Below are positions 23,828 to 32,000 of a DNA stretch of 32,000 bases, in pieces. This DNA comes from Candidatus Scalindua sp. (GTDB lineage Bacteria; Planctomycetota; Brocadiia; Brocadiales; Scalinduaceae), in NCBI GenBank assembly GCA_031316235.1, contig JALDRA010000001.1, positions 4,020,001 through 4,052,000 of the forward strand. The letters run 5' to 3'. The notes under the pieces are model-generated. The model was not told the origin of the DNA. It did no database searches and worked only from the letters and a program-made list of their open reading frames with translations. Position 1 is the first letter of the stretch, and every line of letters starts with the position of its first letter. Both the position numbers and the translations under genes were made by a program.

Positions 23828-26455
23828 TTACGCTTTTGAAAGTTTTACTTTTGTATAGACGTTATCACGCAATGCGTTTACGTGTATCCACTCATAATCC
23901 TCCGGAACAAAGATCATTCCCGCCGGCAATCTGTCAGAAATCTTTGTCTTCATTTTCATCGAATCCTGAACCGACACAATCGATACCTCATCACCGCTTC
24001 TGATGTTTAATTTCCGGGCGTCACTCCTGTTGATCTCAGCGACACATTCGGGAGAAACGGAAACAAGAGATTGCGAATTCCGGGAGAAACTCCCCAGGTG
24101 ATTGAGACTGGGTCCCGTCAGCAGCACAAATGGGTAGTCTCTCTTCTTCTTCACAACCGATTTCGGCTTGAAAACCTCAAAATGGTATCTCTTTGCCTTT
24201 AACCGGTGAGCAGTAACCCAGTTAAATCCCGATCTTTTCAGACGTTCATAATCCATACCCGAGAAAATAGGAACCGTGTTTACTATTTCATCGATGATCT
24301 CTTTCAGAGATTCGTAGAATAGGGTTGCACCCATCTTTTGCGCTATGTCACAGAAAATCTGCCAATTCTGTCTCGCATTTCCCACAGGGGGAATGGCCTT
24401 GTTGAGACGTTGTACTTCCATTGCCATATTAGTAAAAGTTCCCTCTTTTTCAGCATATGTTGTCGAGGGAAGGACGACGTCTGCGCATTGTGCCGTCTCT
24501 GTTAAAAACGTATCCTGGACAACGACAAATTCCAGATTGTTGAATGCCTCTTTCACAGCTTTTCCATTCGGAAAATTTACGATTGGATTCTCCTCCACGA
24601 CAAACATCGCCTTCAGCCTGCCCTTTAATGCAAGATCAATAATACTGGTTCCATCTCCCCTGGCGATGGAATCAGAGAGTTTCACATCCCACGATTTTTC
24701 AAACCTTTTTCTTGCTGACCGGTCATCAATAGCAAGGTAACCCGGGAAAAATCCGGGAACAACTCCCATATCATTCACACCCTGGGAATTATTGTTACTC
24801 CGTGAAAAAATGAGGGAGATCTTGCCCAACTCCGCTCTCGGAGTGGTAGACTTATTAATCAGTGCACAGAGATTCATCAGGGCCCGTATCGTTTCATGGC
24901 CGGAAGGGTCTTCCTCAATATCTTTCCCGCAGATGATATAGGAATTACCGGGTTTTGCCAGTAAGGAGGCAGCCGTTGTTATGGCTTCTACCGACACTCC
25001 GGTCACCTGTGAAGACTTCTTTATCGATGTTGTTTTTAAAGAGGATTTCAGCCCTGTCAGGCCATCAGTCAATTTTTCAATCCTTTTAAGATCTACAAGT
25101 TTTCTATCGATAATCTCCTTTATCAGAGCATTAATCAGTATCGTCTGCGTACCCAGCCCATACTGTAATCGTATATCATTCTGTGCGATGCTGTCATAAC
25201 GTATCTTTCTCATGTTAGCAATGATAAGACTGGCTTTATTCAACCGTATCGCCTTTCGAGCGAGGGTTCCCACCACAGGATGAGCTTCTGAAACATCTGC
25301 CCCGACAAAAAAAAGCGTATCCGCCTTTTCCATCTCTTTCAATGAAGTTGTTGATGTGAAACCGTGCACGATAGATTTGTGAATGAGCGCATTAAGTAAA
25401 GGCACCTTGATGTTGGAGAGGTTGTCGATGTTATTAGTTCCCAGAACATTTCTACAGAACTTCTGAAAGACATAACTATCTTCATTTGTACATTTTTCTG
25501 AACCAATCCCACCAATCGATTCGCCACCATGATCGTTTTTAATTTCTTTGAATCTCCCGGCGACATAGCTGATGGCTTCATCCCACGGCACAGGGCATAA
25601 AACACCCTCTTTTCGTATTAAAGGGGTCATGATCCTCTTGTCGGAATGAATAAAATCGTGTCCGAACCGGCCCTTCAGGCAGAGATTTCCTTCGTTGTTT
25701 CCCAATGCATCATTTGATGTAATCCTGAGAACTGTGCTGTTTTTTGTGTTAATCTCAATACTACACCCGACAGCACAGTAAGGGCAGATAGACGTAGTCT
25801 TCTCCAGATCCCAGGGTCTTGCCCTGAATTTCAATGTCCTGTCCTGCCACGAACCAGTTGGACACACTGAGAGGCATCCGCCACAGAAACTACAGTCGAG
25901 GGGTTTATCAAAGGCAGTACCAATAATGGTACTGATCCCTCTGTTCTGAAAGTCTATTGCACCTACACCTTCAACATCTTTACACATCTTTACACATCTT
26001 CCGCATAAGATGCATCGGTTTGCATTAAACTCAAGAAGAGGATTGTCGCGTCTCATCGGTTTGTTCATTCTCACTGTCTTGAATCTTCCTGTGGAGAGCT
26101 TGAGATCATGGGTAATATCCTGTAACCCGCACTCTCCGGATTTATCGCATGTCGGGCAATCGAGAGGATGTTGTGCGAGCAGATATTCCATAACAGATTT
26201 CGTATACCTGACAATTTCAGGGGTTTTTGTTTTGACTTCCATCCCCTCTGATACAGGCTGAGCACAGGAAAATCTGTGCCTGGTCCGGCCACGTTCTGTC
26301 ACTTCAACCATGCAGAGCCTGCACCCTCCAAACTGTGCCAGCTTTGGATGATAGCACAAACCGGGAATATAGATACCCTTCTGTTTTGCAGCAAGAAAAA
26401 TATCAGTACCTCTCGGAACCGTTACGCTTTGTTTGTCTATTGTGAGAGTAATCAT
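23828..26455 (-). CDS. nuoG: NADH:quinone oxidoreductase subunit G (long, molybdopterin-oxidoreductase-fold C-terminal part)
   Basis: 875 aa. Has an N-terminal 2Fe-2S site (CYHP...CRLC), HPLDCPTCDKSGEC, CILCGRCVKMC, CSFCGGCLSVCP and CPYCAVGC, followed by an MopB-like domain and a C-terminal beta-barrel. Confidence 0.9.
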   Translation of the reverse strand: MITLTIDKQSVTVPRGTDIFLAAKQKGIYIPGLCYHPKLAQFGGCRLCMVEVTERGRTRHRFSCAQPVSEGMEVKTKTPEIVRYTKSVMEYLLAQHPLDCPTCDKSGECGLQDITHDLKLSTGRFKTVRMNKPMRRDNPLLEFNANRCILCGRCVKMCKDVEGVGAIDFQNRGISTIIGTAFDKPLDCSFCGGCLSVCPTGSWQDRTLKFRARPWDLEKTTSICPYCAVGCSIEINTKNSTVLRITSNDALGNNEGNLCLKGRFGHDFIHSDKRIMTPLIRKEGVLCPVPWDEAISYVAGRFKEIKNDHGGESIGGIGSEKCTNEDSYVFQKFCRNVLGTNNIDNLSNIKVPLLNALIHKSIVHGFTSTTSLKEMEKADTLFFVGADVSEAHPVVGTLARKAIRLNKASLIIANMRKIRYDSIAQNDIRLQYGLGTQTILINALIKEIIDRKLVDLKRIEKLTDGLTGLKSSLKTTSIKKSSQVTGVSVEAITTAASLLAKPGNSYIICGKDIEEDPSGHETIRALMNLCALINKSTTPRAELGKISLIFSRSNNNSQGVNDMGVVPGFFPGYLAIDDRSARKRFEKSWDVKLSDSIARGDGTSIIDLALKGRLKAMFVVEENPIVNFPNGKAVKEAFNNLEFVVVQDTFLTETAQCADVVLPSTTYAEKEGTFTNMAMEVQRLNKAIPPVGNARQNWQIFCDIAQKMGATLFYESLKEIIDEIVNTVPIFSGMDYERLKRSGFNWVTAHRLKAKRYHFEVFKPKSVVKKKRDYPFVLLTGPSLNHLGSFSRNSQSLVSVSPECVAEINRSDARKLNIRSGDEVSIVSVQDSMKMKTKISDRLPAGMIFVPEDYEWIHVNALRDNVYTKVKLSKA

Positions 26456-26457
26456 TT

Positions 26458-28305
26458 TTACTTAATTGCCATAAAATTGCATTTTTCATAACATAAGTTA
26501 CACTGGATACACTTGTCTTTGTGTATAAAGACATCTTCCTGGCGTGACCCCGTAATCGCCTGGACTGGACAATTTTTAACACAGAGCATGCATTTTGTAC
26601 ATTTGTCAGTAACAATCTCATACCGGTGGAGTGCAACACACGTTGCTGTTGGACACACCTTGTCTCTGATGTGTGCCATGTATTCGTCACGGAAATACCT
26701 GATAGTAGATTTCACCGGATTGGGGGCAGACTGTCCCAATCCGCAAAGCGACATCGTTTTCACCTCATCACACATCTGATCGAGTACTTCCATGTCTTTT
26801 TCTTCTCCCTCTCCGCTGGTAATCCGATTAAGAATATCCAGCATGAGGGTAGTGCCAATCCTGCAGGGCGGACATTTGCCACACGATTCTTTTGCGCAGA
26901 AATCAAGGAAAAATCTGGCCATATCAACCATGCACGTGGTTTCATCAACGACAACAAAACTCCCGGAACCCATCATGGCCCCCGCTTCTTTCAGTGATTC
27001 AAAATCAACAGGCGAATCCAGCAGAGATTCAGGAATACATCCTCCCGATGGTCCGCCGATCTGTACCGCTTTGAATCTTTTTCTCTTTTGTATTCCACCC
27101 CCCATACTGAATACAATATCCCGGATAGAAGTACCCATAGGTACTTCCACGAGACCCGCCTGTTTTATCTTACCTGTGAGAGAGAATATTTTCGTACCTT
27201 TACTGTTTTCTGTACCGATATTGGAAAACCAGGAAGCACCATTATTCAAGATAAGGGGAACATTAGCGAAGGTTTCCACATTATTCAGGCAGGTTGGTTT
27301 ATCCCATAACCCGGCTTCCACAGATTGGGGGGGCCTGGTTCTCGGCATTCCGCGTTTCCCCTCGATAGAAAACTGCAGCGCTGTAGACTCACCACACACA
27401 AAGGCTCCAGCTCCCTCCTTAACGGCAATGTGAAGACTGTAACCGCTTTTCAAGATATTTTTTCCCAGAAAATTCCTCTTTTCCGCCTGCTCTATCGTAT
27501 GCCTCAATCTTTTAACTGCCAGGGGATACTCAGCACGCACATAGAGGTATCCGCCAGTCGCTTTTATCGCATAGCCGGCTATAATCATTCCCTCCAATAC
27601 GGCATGCGGATCTCCTTCTAACAGGCTTCTATCCATAAATGCACCGGGATCTCCCTCATCGGCATTACAGAGTATGTACTTTTCATCAGAATCATATTTG
27701 GCACACGATCCCCATTTCCAGCCGGCAGAAAAGCCTCCCCCTCCCCTGCCTCTCAACCCCGACTTGCTCACCTCATTAATAACCTGCTCTGGCGTCATGG
27801 TTTTTATCGCTTTTTTAAGCGCCTGGTAACCGCCTCTCGCAATATATTCGTCAATACTGTCAGGTTCGATTATTCCGCAGTTCCTGGTTACGTACTTCAA
27901 TTGGCTCTTATTCACTTCAAGCTCATCAAAAAATGGCAGATCCTTATACGGAGCAACATCTTCGCCATCATGATACATCTGTGACAAGGCGTACTTCTTT
28001 ACCACTTTTCCATCTCTCACATGCTCTTCCAGGATCTGGGGGACTATACCTGCATCTACATTCTTATAAGTCACCCTTGTCCTCCCGGGAAGAATCACAT
28101 CTACCAGGACCTCCTGTGTGCACAATCCAATACACCCTGTAGGGACGATCTCCACGGAAAGCTTCTGTCTCTTCAGCTCTTCGTTTATGCTCCTTAAGAC
28201 ACCTTTCGCACCTGCGCCTAATCCACAGGTGCCCATGCCGATCATAATCTTTGTCCCTTTTGGCGCTCTCTTGTTTCGAACGCCTGAAGCTGTTTTCTTT
28301 GCCAT
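26458..28305 (-). CDS. nuoF: NADH:quinone oxidoreductase subunit F, extended HydB/HndC-like form (N-terminal thioredoxin-like domain, C-terminal 2x[4Fe-4S] ferredoxin domain)
   Basis: 615 aa. Core motifs are GRGGGGFSAGWKW and ESCGKCPPCR. The N-terminal ~110 aa reads GTCGLGAGA...TGCIGLC. The C-terminus has CTKCMLCVKNCP and CIQCNLCYEKCN. Confidence 0.9.
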   Translation of the reverse strand: MAKKTASGVRNKRAPKGTKIMIGMGTCGLGAGAKGVLRSINEELKRQKLSVEIVPTGCIGLCTQEVLVDVILPGRTRVTYKNVDAGIVPQILEEHVRDGKVVKKYALSQMYHDGEDVAPYKDLPFFDELEVNKSQLKYVTRNCGIIEPDSIDEYIARGGYQALKKAIKTMTPEQVINEVSKSGLRGRGGGGFSAGWKWGSCAKYDSDEKYILCNADEGDPGAFMDRSLLEGDPHAVLEGMIIAGYAIKATGGYLYVRAEYPLAVKRLRHTIEQAEKRNFLGKNILKSGYSLHIAVKEGAGAFVCGESTALQFSIEGKRGMPRTRPPQSVEAGLWDKPTCLNNVETFANVPLILNNGASWFSNIGTENSKGTKIFSLTGKIKQAGLVEVPMGTSIRDIVFSMGGGIQKRKRFKAVQIGGPSGGCIPESLLDSPVDFESLKEAGAMMGSGSFVVVDETTCMVDMARFFLDFCAKESCGKCPPCRIGTTLMLDILNRITSGEGEEKDMEVLDQMCDEVKTMSLCGLGQSAPNPVKSTIRYFRDEYMAHIRDKVCPTATCVALHRYEIVTDKCTKCMLCVKNCPVQAITGSRQEDVFIHKDKCIQCNLCYEKCNFMAIK

Positions 28306-28450
28306 AGTAATCTACTTAACCAGTAATTTCCATTTTCTCTCTATCCGAACACGCCCTTTCCCTCGAACGAATCTTTCCTGGCCGACACCTGTCCGGACAG
28401 ATCGACTTACCTTCTCCAGGGACGATAAGGGTGGAGTAGAAGTCCCTCCG

Positions 28451-28945
28451 CTATTTTCCTTCGTGTATTACATCTTTCACATTATCAGGGGCAAGTTTGC
28501 CATGCACATCTTCATCTATCATTGCAACGGGAGCCAGCGAGCATGCACCAAGACATGCCACCTCCTCGAGAGTAAACAATCTGTCCCTGGTGGTTGAACC
28601 AACAGGAACATCTAACACCTCGCTGAATTTTTCTACAATCTTGGGAGCCCCTTTTACGTGACATGCCGTTCCACAGCAGACCTTTATAATATGTACTCCC
28701 CGTGGTTTCAAATGAAATTGTGCATAGAATGTTGCTACACCGACGATTTCACTTGCACTCATATTCATCCGTTCTGCGACAAGATGAATAATCTGCTCCC
28801 GAAGGTATCCATAGGCCCCCTGCATCTTCTGCAAGACAGGGATTAATGCCCCACGCACGCCTTCATATTCGTCAAGAATCGCTTCTGCTTCGGAAAAATC
28901 TATTTCTTCATTCAGGTCGTTTTTTTGTATGTTTGATGCATTCAT
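28451..28945 (-). CDS. nuoE: NADH:quinone oxidoreductase subunit E (2Fe-2S)
   Basis: 164 aa with CCGTACH...CLGACSLAP. Confidence 0.9.
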   Translation of the reverse strand: MNASNIQKNDLNEEIDFSEAEAILDEYEGVRGALIPVLQKMQGAYGYLREQIIHLVAERMNMSASEIVGVATFYAQFHLKPRGVHIIKVCCGTACHVKGAPKIVEKFSEVLDVPVGSTTRDRLFTLEEVACLGACSLAPVAMIDEDVHGKLAPDNVKDVIHEGK

Positions 28946-28969
28946 AATCTGTGGTTTATTTCAATGAAT

Positions 28970-30145
28970 TTAACGATCAATTTCTCCCAGGACAATATCC
29001 AGGCTCCCTACTACGGCCACAACGTCAGCCAGCATGCGGCCAACCACCATTTTTTCCAATGCTTCTAAATTAACAAACGAGGGTGGCCTGATTTTAACCC
29101 TGTAGGGCTTCTTTGTCCCATCACTCACCAGGTAATATCCAAGCTCACCCTTGGGAGCTTCAATGCTGAAATATACCTCGCCAGCAGGTGGACAGATCCC
29201 TTCGGTAACCAGCTTGAAATGGTGTATCAATGATTCCATGCTGCTTTTCAGCTCCTCTTTCGCCGGAGGAGCAACATCCGGTACATCTGCCATATACCTA
29301 TCATTGGGAAGATTGTCCATAGCCTGTCGAATAATCTCATTGCTCTGACGCATCTCCTCAACTCGAACCGTATATCTATCGTAGACATCGCCATTCTTCC
29401 CAACCGGAACAATAAAGTCAAATTCATCATATGAAGAATAGGGTTCTGCCTTTCGTACGTCCCACTTTACTCCTGACCCTCTTATGCTCGGGCCGCTCAA
29501 CCCGTAATTAATAGCATCTTCTGCTGAGATGACTCCGACGTCTTTCGTCCTCATTAACCAGATCTTGTTTTTTGTCAAAAGAGTTTCATATTCCTTTAAT
29601 TTCGACGGAAAGATATTGATGAAGTCCCGGGTCTTCTTTATGAAATCATCAGGTAAATCTCTGGCGACACCTCCTATCCTGAAGTATGAGAGGTTCATCC
29701 GGGCACCTGCAACCATTTCAAAGAGATCGTTAATCGTTTCCCTCTCTCTGAAACAGTAAAAAAAAGCAGTCATCGCGCCGATATCAAGGGCATGGGTTGC
29801 AAACCATAAAAGATGAGATGATATTCTTGTGAGTTCACATAATAAGACTCTGATATATTGGGCTCTTTTCGGTATTTTCAGATCCAGAAGTTTCTCAACT
29901 GCAAGGACATAACCCAGATTATTTGATAAAGGAGCCAGGTAATCAAGACGATCCGTAAGAGTGATAAATTGATGGTACGTCTTATGTTCTGCAAGCTTCT
30001 CCACACCCCGATGAAGATACCCGATGTGCGGCGTAACCCTGACGACAGTCTCACCATCAAGATCGAGAACCAGCCTCAAGACACCGTGGGTGCTTGGATG
30101 CTGGGGACCCATATTTATCGTCATTACCTGTTGCGTCTCTGTCAT
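28970..30145 (-). CDS. nuoD: NADH:quinone oxidoreductase subunit D
   Basis: 391 aa with NMGPQHPSTHGVLRL and HRGVEKL. ATGA overlap with nuoC. Confidence 0.9.
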   Translation of the reverse strand: MTETQQVMTINMGPQHPSTHGVLRLVLDLDGETVVRVTPHIGYLHRGVEKLAEHKTYHQFITLTDRLDYLAPLSNNLGYVLAVEKLLDLKIPKRAQYIRVLLCELTRISSHLLWFATHALDIGAMTAFFYCFRERETINDLFEMVAGARMNLSYFRIGGVARDLPDDFIKKTRDFINIFPSKLKEYETLLTKNKIWLMRTKDVGVISAEDAINYGLSGPSIRGSGVKWDVRKAEPYSSYDEFDFIVPVGKNGDVYDRYTVRVEEMRQSNEIIRQAMDNLPNDRYMADVPDVAPPAKEELKSSMESLIHHFKLVTEGICPPAGEVYFSIEAPKGELGYYLVSDGTKKPYRVKIRPPSFVNLEALEKMVVGRMLADVVAVVGSLDIVLGEIDR

Positions 30146-30654
30146 CGTTTTACTTTTCTGTAAACATCTCTCAGCGAATTGGGTTGTCTGCCTTTCAGCG
30201 GATAATCTTTTCTCAAAGGATGTCCCTCAAAGCCGTCAGGTGTTAAGATTCTCACTAAATTAGGATGTCCCTCAAAGGTAATTCCAAACATGTCGTAGGC
30301 TTCTCTTTCATGCCAGTCTGCTGTCTTCCAGATACCGGTAACAGATCCGATAGTTGGTTTTAAAGCGGGTATTTTCACTTTCAGTCTCACTCTGTGATTT
30401 CTTTTAATTGAATAGAGGTGGTAAACCACTTCGAAGGAATTACTCTTCTCCAGAGACGTCTTATCCACACCACACAGATCGGTAAGAAAATCAAAAGCGA
30501 GTTCGCCATCGTCACGCAGGAACTGCAGAACCCGCACAATGGAGTCCCTGTCTATGCAGATGGTCAGTTCATCTCTGAAAATCTTTACAGTGAGAACAGC
30601 TCCAGGAAATCTGGACCTTAACCTGTTTTCTATAAGAGAAATGTCTTCTGACAT
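30142..30654 (-). CDS. nuoC: NADH:quinone oxidoreductase subunit C
   Basis: 30-kDa subunit motifs (ADWHEREAYDMFGI.F.GHP). The track start 30681 is a TTG, and ATG 30654 (MSEDISLI...) is more likely. The stop is TGA. Confidence 0.85.
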   Translation of the reverse strand: MSEDISLIENRLRSRFPGAVLTVKIFRDELTICIDRDSIVRVLQFLRDDGELAFDFLTDLCGVDKTSLEKSNSFEVVYHLYSIKRNHRVRLKVKIPALKPTIGSVTGIWKTADWHEREAYDMFGITFEGHPNLVRILTPDGFEGHPLRKDYPLKGRQPNSLRDVYRKVKR

Positions 30655-30710
30655 TGCAAGTCCTGATTTAAAAAAGTACAAGTAAAGTTAAGCCGGCAAA
30701 AATATCAAAA

Positions 30711-31196
30711 TCATTGAGGACCGTCATCCAGAACGGATTCCGTATCAATTCTTTTCTGTAATTCCATAATGGCATGGATCAACGCTTCGGGCCGCGGCGG
30801 GCATCCCGGCAGAAAAATATCAACAGGAATGATTTCATCTACCCCCTGCACCGTACTGTATGTATCAAATATTCCGCCCGATGTGGCACAGGCTCCCATT
30901 GCAATCACCCACTTCGGTTCCGGCATCTGATCATAAATCTTTTTCGTTACCGCCGCCATCTTATGCGTTACGGTACCCGCAACAATCATCAGATCAGATT
31001 GGCGGGGTGAAAAGCGGAAGACTTCCGCACCGAATCTCGCAAGGTCGTAGCGCGGCGCAACAACCGCCATCATCTCAATTGCACAGCATGCCAGGCCAAA
31101 AGGCATCGGCCAGATAGAGTTCTTCCTGGACCAATTTACCACCTTATTAATCGTGGTCGTGAGTATTGTATCACCAAAAACAGTCTCTAGTCCCAT
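30711..31196 (-). CDS. nuoB: NADH:quinone oxidoreductase subunit B
   Basis: 161 aa with GLACCAIEM...GACA.SGG...PGCPP (N2 cluster). The stop is TGA. Confidence 0.9.
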   Translation of the reverse strand: MGLETVFGDTILTTTINKVVNWSRKNSIWPMPFGLACCAIEMMAVVAPRYDLARFGAEVFRFSPRQSDLMIVAGTVTHKMAAVTKKIYDQMPEPKWVIAMGACATSGGIFDTYSTVQGVDEIIPVDIFLPGCPPRPEALIHAIMELQKRIDTESVLDDGPQ

Positions 31197-31543
31197 TCGA
31201 AACCACCCCTTTTCCAGATATAGGCATAGCAGACCAGCAGGATCATCATGAATACTGCCATCTCGATCAGGCCGAAAATCTTCAAGGACTTGAAAACGAC
31301 AGCCCAGGGATATAAGAAAACGACCTCAATATCAAAGATTACAAACATTATGGCAACCAGAAAAAATTTAATAGAAAATCTCTCTCTTGAACTCCCCACA
31401 GGTTCAACTCCGCATTCATAGGGAGAGAGCTTTTCTTTAGAAGGTCTCTGCCGCCCGATGATGGCTGAAATGCCGACATTGGAAAAGGCAAAAACCACTA
31501 CTACTATCAGAACTATGAGGATAGGAATATAACCGATTAACAT
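31187..31543 (-). CDS. nuoA: NADH:quinone oxidoreductase subunit A
   Basis: 118 aa, 3 TM helices, with YECG..P.G and [11 protein letters not shown] (ND3 signature). Confidence 0.9.
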   Translation of the reverse strand: MLIGYIPILIVLIVVVVFAFSNVGISAIIGRQRPSKEKLSPYECGVEPVGSSRERFSIKFFLVAIMFVIFDIEVVFLYPWAVVFKSLKIFGLIEMAVFMMILLVCYAYIWKRGGFEWD

Positions 31544-31794
31544 AAGAGCTGTCGCACGTAAGTATTAATGATAAATTCATGAAACATAATAGTATAGCCG
31601 AGTCTGATCGCGTTCATAACGATGGGGAAGGTAACAAAAAAAACAGCCTTAGTCAACAAAAAATATTTAGAATCCTTCCCCTGCATATTTGTGATTTCAG
31701 GAAAAAAATTCCTTATTGCACCAGTACAATTTTTTTTCACTGAGATTGATGCGAAGCAACTGCCTTTTGTACCACTACCAGAGCGTATAGAATG

Positions 31795-31992
31795 TCAGAT
31801 CTCTTCATGTGTCACTATTCGTCCAAAATTTTCATTGAAACAGATAGCAATCACCCCTTTTCCCGTCAAATACTCTACAGGTTTTCTGCAGTTGAGTTTC
31901 GGCAGATCAAAGGTGAACCAGACAATATTTGCCTGCACCGTTTCCATGGAAATATCAAAGCCATCTTTTTTACAAGAATTCAGATAACAGAG
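31795..31992 (-). pseudogene. Possible C-terminal fragment of a threonine-aldolase/beta-eliminating-lyase-family gene, closed upstream by an in-frame TGA
   Basis: Minus frame reads TGA(31993-31995)-LCYLNSCKKDGFDISMETVQANIVWFTFDLPKLNCRKPVEYLTGKGVIAICFNENFGRIVTHEEI*. The pattern V.TNIVF...L...GV......R.VTH..I resembles LtaE C-termini. This is weak, by-eye evidence only. Confidence 0.2.
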
Positions 31993-32000
31993 TCACAGTA

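Noticed and set aside
25975-26000. A 10-bp tandem duplication, CATCTTTACA x2.6, inside nuoG.
   Set aside because: It encodes CVKMCKD within the conserved CILCGRCVKMC 4Fe-4S motif (TGT GTA AAG ATG TGT AAA GAT). The frame is intact. The repeat is a by-product of the Cys-x-Lys-x-Cys-Lys codon pattern, not a slippage lesion.
16552-31117. Many 60-213-aa ORFs run antisense to, or out of frame with, nuo genes (for example 18263-18778, 26792-27433, 24345-24740, 22645-22935).
   Set aside because: They lie entirely within well-supported nuo coding sequences, have low-complexity or odd composition, and show no motifs. They are typical antisense or out-of-frame ORFs within long genes.
31537-31987. ORFs 31537-31740 (-, 67 aa) and 31622-31987 (+, 121 aa) lie upstream of nuoA.
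   Set aside because: They have no recognisable motifs and overlap each other in what should be the nuo promoter/leader region. The plus-strand ORF is antisense to the aldolase-like tail. I could not identify a convincing nuo promoter either (the TTGACT and TATACT candidates lack properly spaced partners), so none is reported.

Overview
The window has two parts.

(1) 16.1-31.5 kb is a complete, co-directional minus-strand NADH:quinone oxidoreductase (complex I) operon, nuoA-B-C-D-E-F-G-[dx]-H-I-J-K-L-M-N. It has two unusual features. NuoF is long (615 aa) and has the domain layout of HydB/HndC-type diaphorases. An 88-aa tandem-desulforedoxin gene sits between nuoG and nuoH.

(2) 1-16.1 kb is an accessory region full of mobile and decayed DNA:
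- the N-terminal part of an HKD(PLD)-nuclease/helicase fusion at the left edge
- an HtpX-type M48 protease carrying a perfect EF-hand loop
- an AmiS/UreI-family channel
- a truncated IS3-family remnant
- two near-identical copies of a 2,210-bp IS, each with terminal inverted repeats and its own 8-bp target-site duplication; each carries a Dam-like N6-adenine methyltransferase upstream of an ISKra4-like DDE transposase
- five copies of a ~108-bp, TA-flanked, double-hairpin repeat (MITE/PATE-like)
- two type II toxin-antitoxin modules (hicAB and antitoxin/parE) in which every gene carries an inactivating lesion (IS insertion, repeat insertion or nonsense codon)
- a DUF1573 protein, a secreted protein with three tandem repeats plus a lectin-like domain, a Tat-signal superoxide-reductase-like protein and an Fe-S protein

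I saw no rRNA, tRNA or CRISPR array. TGA is a genuine stop codon here, because nuoB and nuoC end in TGA. GC content looks like about 40% by eye. The gene content (DUF1573, this nuo layout) would fit a Planctomycetota/anammox-like genome, but that is only a guess. All family assignments come from motif recognition by eye, not from searches.
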